A stretch of DNA of 64,000 bases from Klebsormidium nitens (Eukaryota; Plantae; Klebsormidiophyceae): assembly GCA_000708835.1 (NCBI GenBank), contig DF237255.1:1-64000 (forward strand), written 5' to 3'. Made by a program: the position numbers and the translations under genes. Below, piece after piece: positions 11,101-22,831 of the stretch. The first letter of the stretch is position 1; the number at the start of each line of letters is the position of its first letter. Below the pieces are notes generated by a model, which searched no databases, was not told the DNA's origin, and was given only the letters and a program-made list of their open reading frames with translations.

Positions 11101-14100
11101 GTGGCGTATCTGGACTCTTCTTTTGGTGACGCAAACTTCTCTCAATTGGCTTGAGCTTGCGTTTCTGAGACACGGGAGGACGACCAGGAGTTGTTTGCGG
11201 TAGCGGCGCAGGGAGGTGATCGAGAAACTAGATGAGCGAACTTTTCTCGCTGTGATATATCCGGACTCCTCGGTTTGTTGCTTGAGCTGGCGTTTCTGAA
11301 AGAGGGGGAGGCTGAGCGAGACTTGTCTGCCGAGGCGGCGCAGCAGGCGATCGAGAAATTAGGTGAGCGACTTTTCTTGCTGTGATGTATCTGGACTCCT
11401 CTGTTTGTTGCTGCGACTTGTCTTGATTGGCTTGAGCTGGCGTTTTTGAGATACAGGAGGACGAGCGGGAGTTGTTTGCCGAAGCCGCGCAGCAGGCGAT
11501 CGAGAAACTATGTTGGTCGAGACTATCTCGCCTTGAGCTATGCTGCGTCGAAAAGCTTGGGGTGTCTATTTTCACCGGTTCAAATTCACCGCGTATTCAC
11601 TACATTCAGGACTCACCTCATTCCTCCACTTTCATTTCTTTTCAGCAATCTCATAGTTAGCAATGGAAGTCGTCAAGCAAAGGGACGAGCTCTGTTTGGG
11701 ATCCGCTCACACGCCCTATCCCATTTGGAGCAATCTGTCAGAAGGAAACTCCACATCACTGGTTCTGCATCGTGTTAAAAGTCTCCTTAGTCCCATGTCG
11801 GTTTCCTTCTTCGCAGGACCGAAGGCGGCTTTGGAAGTCGTCAAGCAGAGTGGGGAACTCGTTCGGGGAGAAGACGACGACAAACGGTGGCGGCTTTTTT
11901 TGAAGCAGTACCATGAGTGGCGGGACGCGAACCTGGAGAGACTCGACAAGGAGGGGAAAGAGATGGTAGAGAACGATCCTTCTCTCGTCTGTTTCCTTCT
12001 TTCCCTTGTGTTTGGTTGGCAATCCTTGTACTTCGAAGTCGACGCCAGAATGTTCCTCTGGAGCACTTTTATGAACGGCGGAGAGCAGATCTGGAGAAAT
12101 CAGCCGGGGGAAAAGAGGTGTTGAGGAACTGGACATAGCCCGAGTCGTGCCCTTCTGGCAATCTGGGGCGGGACAGCCAATTCTTTTTTTGGCTGTGGGA
12201 TGCATGTCGGGAAATAGTTAAAGGGCTGACTCAGCTGGACTGAACGTCTGGCAGTACCGCCACTATCCTCGACTCTGGTACATTGTTCCCAGCGAAATGG
12301 ATCAAGGGGGTGTCGATCAATGGTTCTGTTGAATTTGCAAAACTTTCTGTTTTGCCCCTCCTTCGACTTCGGCTAGGTCCAAGAAATGATTTTTTGTACA
12401 AAGTTGCATTGTTGGAAGATCTTCCAAAAGCAGACTTTTTTCTTGTATGTGACAACCTGGACCCGCAATCCAGAGTGTTTTCTACAGCGTTTTCTGGGGC
12501 CGAGCACTTTCCTTAACCCGTGAACTTAACCCGAAATCTGCTCGTGCAGGACGCTCTGTTCCCGATGGGTTACGAGCCGGGGCGACGGCGGGTGGGCAAA
12601 GGGCAGGAGCAGCCGACAGAGGACAAGGAAGTGCGGGGAATGGTGAGGCTGCTGGTTGAGACATGCTTCTTTTTGCCGTTCTTCCGTAGTTGTCAAGCTT
12701 TTCTGTTGATGACGGTGTGGTTCTGACGGAGATGAGTCGTGTGGTGATGCTTGATTCTTTCCTTGGGACATGATTTGTGTCGTCATTTTTGGGATGGAGA
12801 GTCTCCTTTCGTGGCGCAAATAGCTCCTGGTTGACCTACACAACGATCTGTTTTCAGCACTTTATTCTCCGCGAATCCAGAGCTGGCCAGCCCTTGCGTG
12901 CCCAAATACGCGTTGCAAACCCGAATCCAGAAAATAAAACGTTTGTGAAGCGGTGGATGTCGAAAATTATGCTCTCCTGGAGTCCCTCCATGCGGAATCC
13001 AGTCTTGCTAGATGAAGCCAGCCCCGAGGTCACAGATTTGAGAGATCCTTCGTTTACGCTTGTCCCGCAAGGTCCTTTGCAAAATTAATCAGCAGACAGC
13101 TGTTCAACCGACCTTCTTCTGTGTCAGACTCTTAATCCTCATTCGGATCCTGATCTGTCTGCTATACTATTCTTACGTTACTGTCTTTGTTCGCCGCTTC
13201 TCTTTCCACCCCTTCGTCTAACGCCCAGTTTCTACCCCCTTTTTTCTGCAGTACGAGCTACCGTTTCTAGAACGCGGCCAGGTATACGAGGGCTTCGTTA
13301 CCGGAGTCGATCTCCATGCGGGGGCTATTGTGGCGTACGGGGGGGTGCACGACGGGTGGGTCCGACTCCTCTGTTGGAAGCAAATTATCCCTTTCAAGCC
13401 GTATCGCTGTTCGTTGCGTCTTCTATTCAAACCGAGAACTGGGATGGGAACAAGCGATGAGAAGAGATAGAGAATTGCACCGATCAAGCACGGCAGAGCT
13501 GACGCGAGAGAGGCGGGAACGATTCTGGAGGTAGTCGCGCATACGGACTTTCGAGACCGCATCCAAAGCTTCGTGTTCGTCCAGAGACCATGCATGCGGA
13601 TAGCGTTCCCCGCCCCGTATTAGCACCATTCTTCGTCTTGGAAAGAGGAGGCTTCGTAGATCCTCCTACTTTTCAGTTTACATGATAGCGGGTCTAAGTA
13701 TTAGCACCATTCTTCGTCTTGGAAACAGGAGGCTTCGTAGATCCTCCTACTTTTCAGTTTACATGATAGCGGGTCTAACATCCCATAAGGACTACGCTTC
13801 TGCAGGTACATACCTGTTCTTGGGGACGACTGGCGGCACGGCAATTTGTGGGACATCATCGAAGTCGGAACCAAGTGCCTGGTACAAGTGGTGGTAAGTG
13901 TCACGGCCCTTGACCCATCCATGCAAGTGCTGCGCTCCGAGTCCTTTTGCCGCTGTCATCTTCTAATGAATCTTTAATAGCAAAACCCAAAAGCATCCTT
14001 CAAACCCCCTGTCAAAACCCACCCCCCCAGGTACCAGGATCGATTAGAACGAGATCCACTTGCTTAATAAGGAGACAGCTAAAGAGCTGCTCGGTGAACT

Positions 14101-17100
14101 TTGTGCCGCAAGCACTACGGGGCCAACGGTTCTAGGGTAACTCACGTTTCAGCTGACGTGTCTGACTCAGCAGTAACCTGTGCTTCTGTGCCGCAGGCCG
14201 TCCGGGATCCGTTCCGGTTCCGTTATCCGGTGGAGATGCGCTTCCTGGACCCTGACGTCACCCCCCTGCTGTGAGCCGCCCACATATGCACTATTGCGTT
14301 GCAGCTTCTGCTGCTTAATTCGGCAACAGAAATCGACGAGAGGCAGGGAGATACGCCTTGATGGCATGCTCCAGCTCCTGTGATCCTTTATTTGATACTG
14401 GCAACGCTCGCTTGCACTGAAAAGCCGCTTGCCCTAAGATACATAACCCTCGGGCACCCAAATCAAAAACCCTAACCAAATAGATCACGCGCTCCGCACC
14501 CACACCCACCCTAACCCTCAAATTAACCCCACCCGTCCCCCGGGGGCTTATCTTAGTGCAAGCTGCTCTTCGTGCAAGCTGGCGTTGACTATTATTTGTA
14601 TCCTTGAGGAAGTTGGTTGCGGCAACCCGAAGCATCGCCAGTGTTTAGAAAACGGTGTACATGCGGGTGCCGTCGGTCACCGCAGTTTCGGGTACCAGTT
14701 CCGCTTTCGCAGGAAGCATTCGCGAGTAAATATGGTGGGAGTGCAACCAATTAACGTTGGAAGTTTCATCATTCTGCCTGATGAACTGGGTGTCTCGAAA
14801 AAATGTATATGCGGTGCCCAGGAAAATTTTTGTTTCTTTCTCTCGCAAGATCCGGATTTGGCACTCTTGAGCTCTCAAGCTATTGGGAGATAAAGTTCGA
14901 CAGGGGGCCGGCAGTACAAGCCGAAAACGGATTTTTCCTTTGCTTTTCATTCTCTCTCAGCGCGTGTGCGTGTGTCGCAATTGCTGACGGGGGTCTTCCT
15001 TTCGTTCTTGCCAGAAAGGAGACCAAGTTTCAGCGTTCGTTGGGATCGCCCATCATCGGACGAAAAGAGGACGTGGAGTTGGAAGAAGTTTTGGTGAGTC
15101 GTTTGTGTGCGCTGCTTCATGATTTTTTCCTAGATGATTTCTGTCGTCTGCTTTCTGGTCGTCCTCTTTTTCGACTTTTATGTGTTCTTCTTCGCTTCTG
15201 GGGAGCATCTGCGTGCGCTCCATCATTCGGATATGTTTCCTTTTCCCTGCTTGTATCTTCCATTTTCCTTTCCGGGCTCTCCTTGCACAATTGAAACAAA
15301 GCTTACAACTGGACGGGATTCGCAAAAGCACGCCAAGGTGGAGAAACACTGCCCGACAAGCCAGATTGCCTTTCCGAGTCGCGTTCATATCTGAAGGCGC
15401 TGCGAAAAGTAACCGCTGGCAAGCTGACCTTAGTCGCCTGTCTCAGATTCAACGTCCTTTAGGTCATCTCGGCCGTGCTGCTTTTGGTCGAATATTCCAT
15501 TAATCTGCTTCGCCTTGAGGATCCGACGAGACAGCTTCCTGCTCGAACGTTCTAGGCTCTTCACCCTTCCGCAGTTCGCTTTAGCGGGGGCGGTAAGTTG
15601 GTCGTCCCTGCATGTACAGATCCATGCCATACCCCACTTGAACAGCAAATGCTTGCGAGAGTTTCAAACGCTGGAGTTTCCAGCCCTGTCTGAAGATAAT
15701 CTCATCTGTTCCGCTGCTGACAGTTCGAAAGCGGGCGGAAGTACACGAGCGGACCCCGGGAGCGCGTCGAGGAGGCGCTGACCGCCTTCGACCTGGAGCA
15801 CATGACGCACCCCGACCAAGAATGGGTGAGCGCCCCGGTCAACTGTCCAGGATCTCGTATTTGCGATCTTGGTGTTTTGTGATTTCTGCGATGATGCCGA
15901 CTTTAAAATCGACAAATTCTGCACTTTCGTCCGGTTGACCGCCTTCGACCTGGAGCACATGACGCACTCCGACCAAGAATGGGTAAGCGCCCAAGGCCTC
16001 TCCGCGATCTCCTCTAGCATCGCCTTTTCATTGGAACAGAGAAGCTTCCGGGCTCAAACAATAGTGGATTCAAGAGCATAAAGAAAGCGCAGATTGATCC
16101 GAAAGACATCTCTTTGCGAAAGCAGGTTGTGGTGTTGGGTAGTGATACCGTTAGTAAAGAGGTGATATTGAATCCTGACTTGCTCTGCGTTGAGCTTTGA
16201 AGCTCCCCCAGCCTCTTTGGAGTTACGCATTGTCTCTATTTACCCTTGCTCAAGGTTCTCCCTCACAAGGGCCTCTTATTGGAACCCCCACCCTCTCTGC
16301 AGCTCTACCTGAAAGGCGCGTCAAAGAGCACCCCCTACCTAACCAAGACCCTCATTCAAAAAGTCTTTGAGGACCTCTCACCAATACTGTGAACCCCTCC
16401 CCATCCATCTCAACCTTACTGAAGATTCTCCCCAATCACTCTCGCAGACAACTCCCACTAGAACCCTCACCTGCTTTGCAGCTTTCCCGAGTAAGTAAAG
16501 CTCGCCATGAATAGCCTTTTCAAAGGGCTCTAACAAGCCCCCCAACTTCTCTGCAGCTCCACCGGAAAGGCATTGTCGAGCAGCGCCTCCTGTTCAACGA
16601 AGACCTCGAATCAAAAAGCTTTGAGAACGTTTGACCCGACACTGGGAGCCCCTCACAATACATTTTTGCCTTACGGAGGTTTCTTCTCAATAAGTACGCG
16701 AAGTCCCGTATCCAAATTCCTCACCTTCTCTGCAGCTTCAACCGAGGCATAGTTGAGCAGCTCCTTTTGGCCCACAAAGACCCTTGGAATCAGATCTTTA
16801 TATGGACCTCTCACAATGCGATTCCTTCGCCATGCCTCTCAGTCCTATTGGACCTTCCCTAATCAGTCTCACAAAGACCCGTCACCTGCTTTGCAACGTT
16901 TTCGAAGAAGTAAGATTCGACATCAACAACTTTTTAAAAGGCCTCTCACAAGATCCCTCATCTTCTCTCCAGCTCCACCGGAAAGGCATAGTCGAGCAGC
17001 GCCTCTTGGCGAACGAAGAGTACGAAGCCGCGGTCGCGACCGGTTCGCCGCTCCCGTTCCCCGTCTTCTACGACTGGGACTACATCGCCGATCCAAACAA

Positions 17101-20100
17101 GCGGCTAGAAATTCTGCGGGAACACGCAAAGGCAGAAAAGCTGACGGAAGATGGGCGGTCGACGTTGCCGCGAGACCAGCACCGGATAGGGCAACTCATG
17201 GAGGACAAGAGGCCCGGGGTTTCGGTTACGAGCAGGGTTACGATCGAGAGCTATACCGAGCGGGTGAGGATTGCGTAACCCGCTTTGGTACCAAGCCGGT
17301 TTGGAGGGTTGGGTTGATTCTCGGTGAGCAGCTTAATCGGTGGCGCTTTTTGCAAAGGAAGGCCCGGGATCTTGGTTACGAGGCGGGTTACGATTAAGAG
17401 CTATAGTAAGCTGGTGAAAATCCCTAACCCGCTTTGGTGCTAACCGGGTTTGTAGGGGTCGGTTGAGTTTCTGGGTGGGCAGGTTGGCTGGTTGTATTGA
17501 ACGCTGTTAAACAATGACCCGGGTTTCATTGACGGAGGTCAAGATCAGAGATCAAGACTCCCGTAACTTGGCAGGTCAAGTTGAGAGCTTTACTGACCGG
17601 AGGAGGATCCATAGCTTGCTTTGAACTTTACCCGGTTCGGGAAGAACTGGTTGGTTTTCTTGGTGGGCGTGTAGACTGGTGGCATTTGAATGTTGCTTGA
17701 ATGTGATTTCCTGACGCATCTCCTTCACCGATTTCGGAGGGACGACGTGTAATCAGTGACCTCAAGAGAATGTGAACTACAAACACAAATAGGCCGGGAT
17801 ACTTTCAAGTCTCCGGAATTGGGTGTGTGCGATCTATAGGGTCTCGTGGTGCTGAGAAAAAGATCCCTAAACCCCTTGCTGACAAGGTCTCGCCCGAACG
17901 GGCAGCTAGGAAAGCTCGTGCTGAAATAATGTGACACTTCCTGTCAAAGAATGTCGCTTCATGAAAAGAGAAGTAGGCTGCTTTCTCGACGGGCTGAAAA
18001 ATTACTCGATTAATCTAGGCAATACATGTCGATCGAGGACATTGGTTCGATGTAGAGTGGGTGAGGTCGGTTGGTACTGCTGCATAGAATCCAGAATATC
18101 GAAGATTCGGTTTGGCCTCGATCGAAGTTGGAATCAGCCGGTCTGGCTACCAGCCTTGAGATCGAACCACTCATACGAGATGGTGTTTCCGGATCGCAGA
18201 TGAGTGAGAAGGAGCGGAGCCAGCTTGACCTGGAGTCGGCCCGAAGAGAACGGCAGGTGAGGAATCGGGAATGCCTCGCATTGTGAGAATTCTAGATCCT
18301 CTCAAACCCCCAGTTCCGATCACTCGTTGGTATGTTTCAATATCTGTAACGGCTTTTGTGAGTGTCAGGATCAACTGTCAAAGTTTGCAAGCCAGTAAAG
18401 CAGTGCGGATCACTTGTGGTTTGTCATATGTCACCGAGCTCACGTTTGAGACCCAAACACGTCACGGTTCTGACTTACATCTACTGTCGACTCGAAAAGC
18501 CTCAGCTCTTCGTGCTCTGACTTTTCACGGTTTTAAAAAAGGAGGAGCACGAGAAATTGCATTCGTCTCGTGCAGTCGATTCATTTTAGCGTTGTAAGCT
18601 GAAAATGCTTCCTAAGACGACTCAATGAGGTTCTGAACCTTCCCCCCTTCCCGTATCTCGAAGAGTTGCACATACTGAGAAATGGAACCCAAGATTTGAG
18701 CGCTTTCCTTGAACCCGCAGGAAATCCGCGCGACCATTATGGATTGGCTGGAGCAGGCGGGCGAGGATTGGACAACGATGGACGCGGAAGAGCTGGAGCA
18801 ACTGTTTGATGACGTGGAAGAGACGCGGCCGCGTTTCTCGTGGGAGGTGAGGCTGCGGCCGTGTTCTCCCTCCGAGTACTTGAAGAAGCACTACAAACGA
18901 ATCTGCTATTCCGCTGATTAGATCATTAAGCAAAAAAAGGTTGCATAACAAGGTACAGATCTCGCAGATTACCACATGCTGTTGCGCAGGGAGAGACGGC
19001 GCCGCCGTTGTTACGTTCTACTTGGAACAGAATGCTAGAAAGACGAGAACACTTCCACAAGATACCTCAGGTTAGTGAAGCAAATAAACAATAAGAATCC
19101 TCCATACCTCCCAGACGAATGGATTTCCATGCTGCTGCGCAGGAGGAGACGGCGCGGCTGTTGGAGCAGGAGGTTGCGTACTACCGCGCGCGTTTGCTCG
19201 CGCATGAAGAGTACGACGCGGAGGTGAAGCTGCGCGGGCTTTGGAACGAGACGCCCATCCCGCTGCCGGACATCGATCTCGTCAACAAGGGGTGAGCCGA
19301 AACGTCACCTCCGCATTTCAAAATACCCAATTCCCGCAATCTCCGCAACTTCTCGAGCACGTTCTCTCCGCACTTTCTTGGGGAGTGTCGTTCCAAAGTG
19401 GAAACGTGCGGGTTGTGGATCGAGAAGCTCATCCCCCTGCCGGACATCGACCTCGTCATCAAGGGGTGATCGGACGCGTTATGTTTGTATCTTTTTGGGA
19501 ATGCTCCTTTTTCTGAACGAGCAGACGCAGCGCGGCAAGGAGAGGTTAAAATTTCCTGCAAAAGATCTACAGTACTGGCTAAAGCTCTGGTTCGGTTGCC
19601 CTGAATATTAATGACGACGATGAATACTTCTCTTATAGCCCGTGCGAATCAAAGGCATGGACGACGATCGAGGGTGTTCAGAAATGAGATCCGAAGTCCC
19701 ATTCACGGTTAGGATACGACACGGCAAGCAGCAATCGGGCCCCTTCTGCTCACTTCCTATCCTTCTCATAATCCCAAACCCTCAAACTTTTGGTCCTTTG
19801 CAGCGGCTTAGATGAGCGGCCGACGCTGTTTGATGATCCGCGCTGCATGCGGCGCGTCAAAGAGCGGCTCGGCGCCTTTCGCAAGAATCAAAATCTCCCC
19901 TGAAGGTTCGTGTTTAGGTCGACTCCGTGCTAAAACTTTCTCTTTGTCTTTCCCCAGTGAACTAGACGAGCGGCCGACGCCGCTGATGATCCGCTGATGA
20001 TCCGCTAATGATGCGGCGCGGCTGGTCGCCTTCTACAGAATCCGTTACCCTTACCCAAAACGCCAATTTTCCGGAACCCTCCATATCCCTTGTCCTATGC

Positions 20101-22831
20101 AGAGAACTAGACGAGCGGCCGACGCCGCTGACGATCCGCGATCGCATGCGGCGCGGCAAGGAGCGTCTGGTTGCCTTCTACCAAAGTCGTACCCCTATAC
20201 CATCTACTAGTCCCTAAAATCCTACAACCCCTCTCCTTGGCAGAGAGCTAAACGAGCGGCCGACGCCGCTAATGATCCGCGACCGGATGCGGCGCAGCAT
20301 GGAGCCGCTGGGCTTCTTGAAAACTCGAAAGCTGCACTAGAAGCCGAGAACCGTAACCCACTTTTTGTAAAGCCCTAAAACTTCAGAACCCTTGTACTTT
20401 GTAGTGCACTAGACGAGTGGCCGACGCCGTTGATGATCTGCAACCGGATGCGGCGCGGCAGAGAGCAGCTCGGCGCCTTTTGCAGGAATCAATTCCTCTT
20501 AACTTTGAGCTGGAGTAACCAACACAACGTTCAACTTATTATCCTGAAGGTCCGTCTTTGAGTCGTCTCCGTGCTAAAGCTTTCTCTCTGTATCCCACCA
20601 GTGAACTGGACGAGCGGCCGACGCCGCTGATGATCCGCGATCGCATGCGGCGCGGCNNNNNNNNNNNNNNNNNNNNNNNNNNNNNNNNNNNNNNNNNNNN
20701 NNNNNNNNNNNNNNNNNNNNNNNNNNNNNNNNNNNNNNNNNNNNNNNNNNNNNNNNNNNNNNNNNNNNNNNNNNNNNNNNNNNNNNNNNNNNNNNNNNNN
20801 NNNNNNNNNNNNNNNNNNNNNNNNNNNNNNNNNNNNNNNNNNNNNNNNNNNNNNNNNNNNNNNNNNNNNNNNNNNNNNNNNNNNNNNNNNNNNNNNNNNN
20901 NNNNNNNNNNNNNNNNNNNNNNNNNNNNNNNNNNNNNNNNNNNNNNNNNNNNNNNNNNNNNNNNNNNNNNNNNNNNNNNNNNNNNNNNNNNNNNNNNNNN
21001 NNNNNNNNNNNNNNNNNNNNNNNNNNNNNNNNNNNNNNNNNNNNNNNNNNNNNNNNNNNNNNNNNNNNNNNNNNNNNNNNNNNNNNNNNNNNNNNNNNNN
21101 NNNNNNNNNNNNNNNNNNNNNNNNNNNNNNNNNNNNNNNNNNNNNNNNNNNNNNNNNNNNNNNNNNNNNNNNNNNNNNNNNNNNNNNNNNNNNNNNNNNN
21201 NNNNNNNNNNNNNNNNNNNNNNNNNNNNNNNNNNNNNNNNNNNNNNNNNNNNNNNACGAGCGGCCGACGCCGCTGATGATCCGCGATCGCATGCGGCGCG
21301 GCAAGGAGCAGTTGGTAGCGTTCTACAAAGCGCCTAACTTCTCCCTAACACTAACAGTGAAAATGCCTAAAAACCCTTTATTCTGAGATATGAAAACCTC
21401 GTCTTAGTCCAGTGACTGGACGAGCAGCCGACGCCGCTGATGATTCGTGACCGCATACGGCGCCGCAAGGAGCAATTGGACGCCGTTGGCAGAAATTAGA
21501 ACCCTTTCCTAAGTTCACGACTTCCTACCCTGCAGTGAACTAGACGAGCGGCCAACGCCGCTGATGATCCGCGATCGCATGCGGCGCGGCAAGGAGCGTC
21601 TGGGCGACGACGACCGACCTTTCCCGGACATCCCGAGCCGCAAGGAGGAGTGGCGCGCGGAGAACGCGGTCCAGAACGCGCTCGTCGAGGCCGCGCTGCA
21701 AGCAGAAAAAGATGCGGAGGAGGCAGCGAAAGCCGCGCAGGTGGCCGCGGAGCGGCGGGCGGCGGGAATTGCGGAGACTGGAGATGGTACGTTAACGTCT
21801 TGATTTTGGGGATTTTTGAGGATGGGGGTGTTAGGGCGCTAAGAGGAAGATATTGCTTGTTCTGAGGGTTGAAAGACTGTGGGAGTCGCTTGAAGGGCGC
21901 AGAAGAGGCGGCCGGGGAGCGACGGGGGGCGGCTATTGCGGGAACAGGAAACGGTAAGTGGTTTGAGTGTTTTGTCGGGTGAAGCTTAACCTTATGGGGT
22001 CACGAAGGCTTTTTGATGTTAGGAGTAAGTTGCGGAGGAGGCTGCCGCGGAGCGACGGGCGGCGGGTTGCGCGAAGAGGAGATGGTACGTTACTGGCTTC
22101 TTTGCGCGGATTTCAGGATTTCTGTGTTTTAGGCCACAGGAGGCTCAAAGTCTGAGGCTTTGCATGTTTTGAGGGTTTTTCTACGGGTTTAGTTCCCATT
22201 CGAAAGGACGCGGAGGTGGCGGCAAAAGCCGCGCATGCGGCCACGGAGTGGCGGGCGGCGGGATTTGCGGAGACAAGAGCCTGTGAGTGACCCAATATCT
22301 TTTTGGGGTTAGCTGAAGTATACGGGTTGTACAAAGCCTTTTGAAATCGAAGAAGGACCCGGAAGAGGGCGGCCACGGAGCGGCGGGCGGCGGGAATTCC
22401 GGAAAGTAGAGACGGTACGTTCTTGTCTTGCTTTTGGGACCCCGCTGAGAAACCTGGCTTTAGACAACCCAAGGCAACCTGGTTGATTGAAACTTTTAAG
22501 GCCCTCTCTGGCTAAAGACCTTGGTTCTGAAACATCCGGTTTTATAGCAGCGACTGATCCCTTTATCCGCACATGTCAAGTCTTCTGCTGATACTGTTGC
22601 CGTCCAGATTTACAGCAGTATTTGACCAGATCAGGGTGACCGCGAGCGAGAGTGCCTCGTAATTGTCTCGCTCCTTCCACCCGTACGACTCAGAACGCCC
22701 GTGCATGAGCTCTGCGTCACGAGAATTTCTGCGCGTTTGCAGATGGAGAGTTTATCACGGACGAGGACGACGACGATTTAGAGGATCCGGACGACGACGA
22801 CTTGGACGATGAGCTGGACATCGTCACCTGA
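5146..22831 (+). CDS. PTAC10: pTAC10/PAP3-like plastid RNA polymerase (PEP)-associated S1-domain protein, about 1135 aa, 18 exons
   Basis: Exons: 5146-5746, 6449-6913, 7282-7400, 8515-8710, 9688-9929, 10621-10810, 11817-11965, 12550-12642, 13252-13355, 13806-13893, 14197-14270, 15015-15093, 15724-15825, 16973-17263, 18721-18846, 19143-19291, 21536-21786, 22743-22831. Total 3408 nt with every junction in phase. Motifs match recalled Arabidopsis pTAC10 in order: SWPPPGWEVPADELAFL (DWPPKGWEVDRKELEFI), RWRLFLKQYHEWRDAN (FKVFLKQYNEWVEAN), YEPGRRR (YPGRRIR), GMYELPF..GQVYEG..GGVHDGYIPVLGDDW (S1 domain), RDPFRFRYPVEMRF (RDPYRFRFPLELRF), and an acidic C-terminus. The N-terminus is S/R/G-rich and transit-peptide-like. 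Joining exons 1-5 to the core rests on splice-phase consistency only. Confidence 0.85.
8930..9687 (+). repeat. Acceptor-side tandem array of pTAC10 exon 5 5' end (about 155-bp spacing)
   Basis: Copies of cag|GCCTGATCGAGCTCGAAATGAAC... begin near 9228, 9384 and 9541, with more decayed copies near 8945 and 9095. The functional exon starts at 9688. Confidence 0.9.
10811..11520 (+). repeat. Donor-side tandem array of pTAC10 exon 6 3' end (5 copies, about 140-bp spacing)
   Basis: The unit gagctggcgtt...gaggcggcgcagcaggcgatcgagaaactgg|gt recurs, ending near 10949, 11080, 11231, 11362 and 11511. Confidence 0.92.
13618..13779. repeat. 81-bp intronic tandem duplication, nearly identical copies
   Basis: tattagcaccattcttcgtcttggaaa...catgatagcgggtctaa starts at 13618 and again at 13699. 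Each copy contains an aggagg...cctcct mini-hairpin. Confidence 0.92.
15925..16972 (+). repeat. Exon-edge copies in pTAC10 intron 13: one donor-side copy of exon 13 and several acceptor-side copies of exon 14
   Basis: 15938-15988 repeats gaccgccttcgacctggagcacatgacgcac...gaatgg|gt. Units resembling ctgcag|ctccaccggaaaggcat..gagcagcgcctc occur near 16300, 16480, 16555 and 16735, before the real acceptor at 16972. Confidence 0.8.
17340..17560 (+). repeat. Donor-side decayed copies of pTAC10 exon 14 3' end
   Basis: aggcccggg...ggttacga...gggttacgat..gagctata...g|gtga recurs at about 17360-17415, and more weakly at about 17515. Confidence 0.7.
19795..21535 (+). repeat. Acceptor-side tandem array of pTAC10 exon 17 5' end (ELDERPTPLMIRDRMRRGKE unit), at least 8 extra copies
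   Basis: Copy acceptors end at 19803, 19957, 20102, 20243, 20404, 20601 and 21412. One further copy emerges from the gap at 21256. The real acceptor ends at 21535. Confidence 0.95.
20657..21255. other. Assembly gap (599 N) inside a tandem array
   Basis: Run of N. The 47 bp left of the gap (20610-20656) are identical to the 47 bp right of it (21256-21302). Confidence 0.98.
21890..22420 (+). repeat. Donor-side array of pTAC10 exon 17 3' end (about 4 copies)
   Basis: gcggccgcggagcggcgggcggcgggaattgcggaga...gatg|gtacgt-like units end near 21954, 22085, 22280 and 22414. Those at 21955, 22086 and 22415 keep GT donors (gtaagt, gtacgt, gtacgt). Confidence 0.85.

Noticed and set aside
14686-14725. 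Candidate 40-nt pTAC10 exon (FGYQFRFRRKHSR)
   Set aside because: It is phase-compatible, but 15015-15093 (PIIGRKEDVELEEVL) has stronger splice sites and better matches pTAC10 PPIFHRDGD.
20531-21337. ORFs of about 258 aa spanning the gap
   Set aside because: Artefacts of translating N as X.
19795-21535. CRISPR-like repeat-spacer appearance of the tandem arrays
   Set aside because: The repeats are degenerate copies of a eukaryotic exon, some spacers are homologous to each other, and there are no cas genes.
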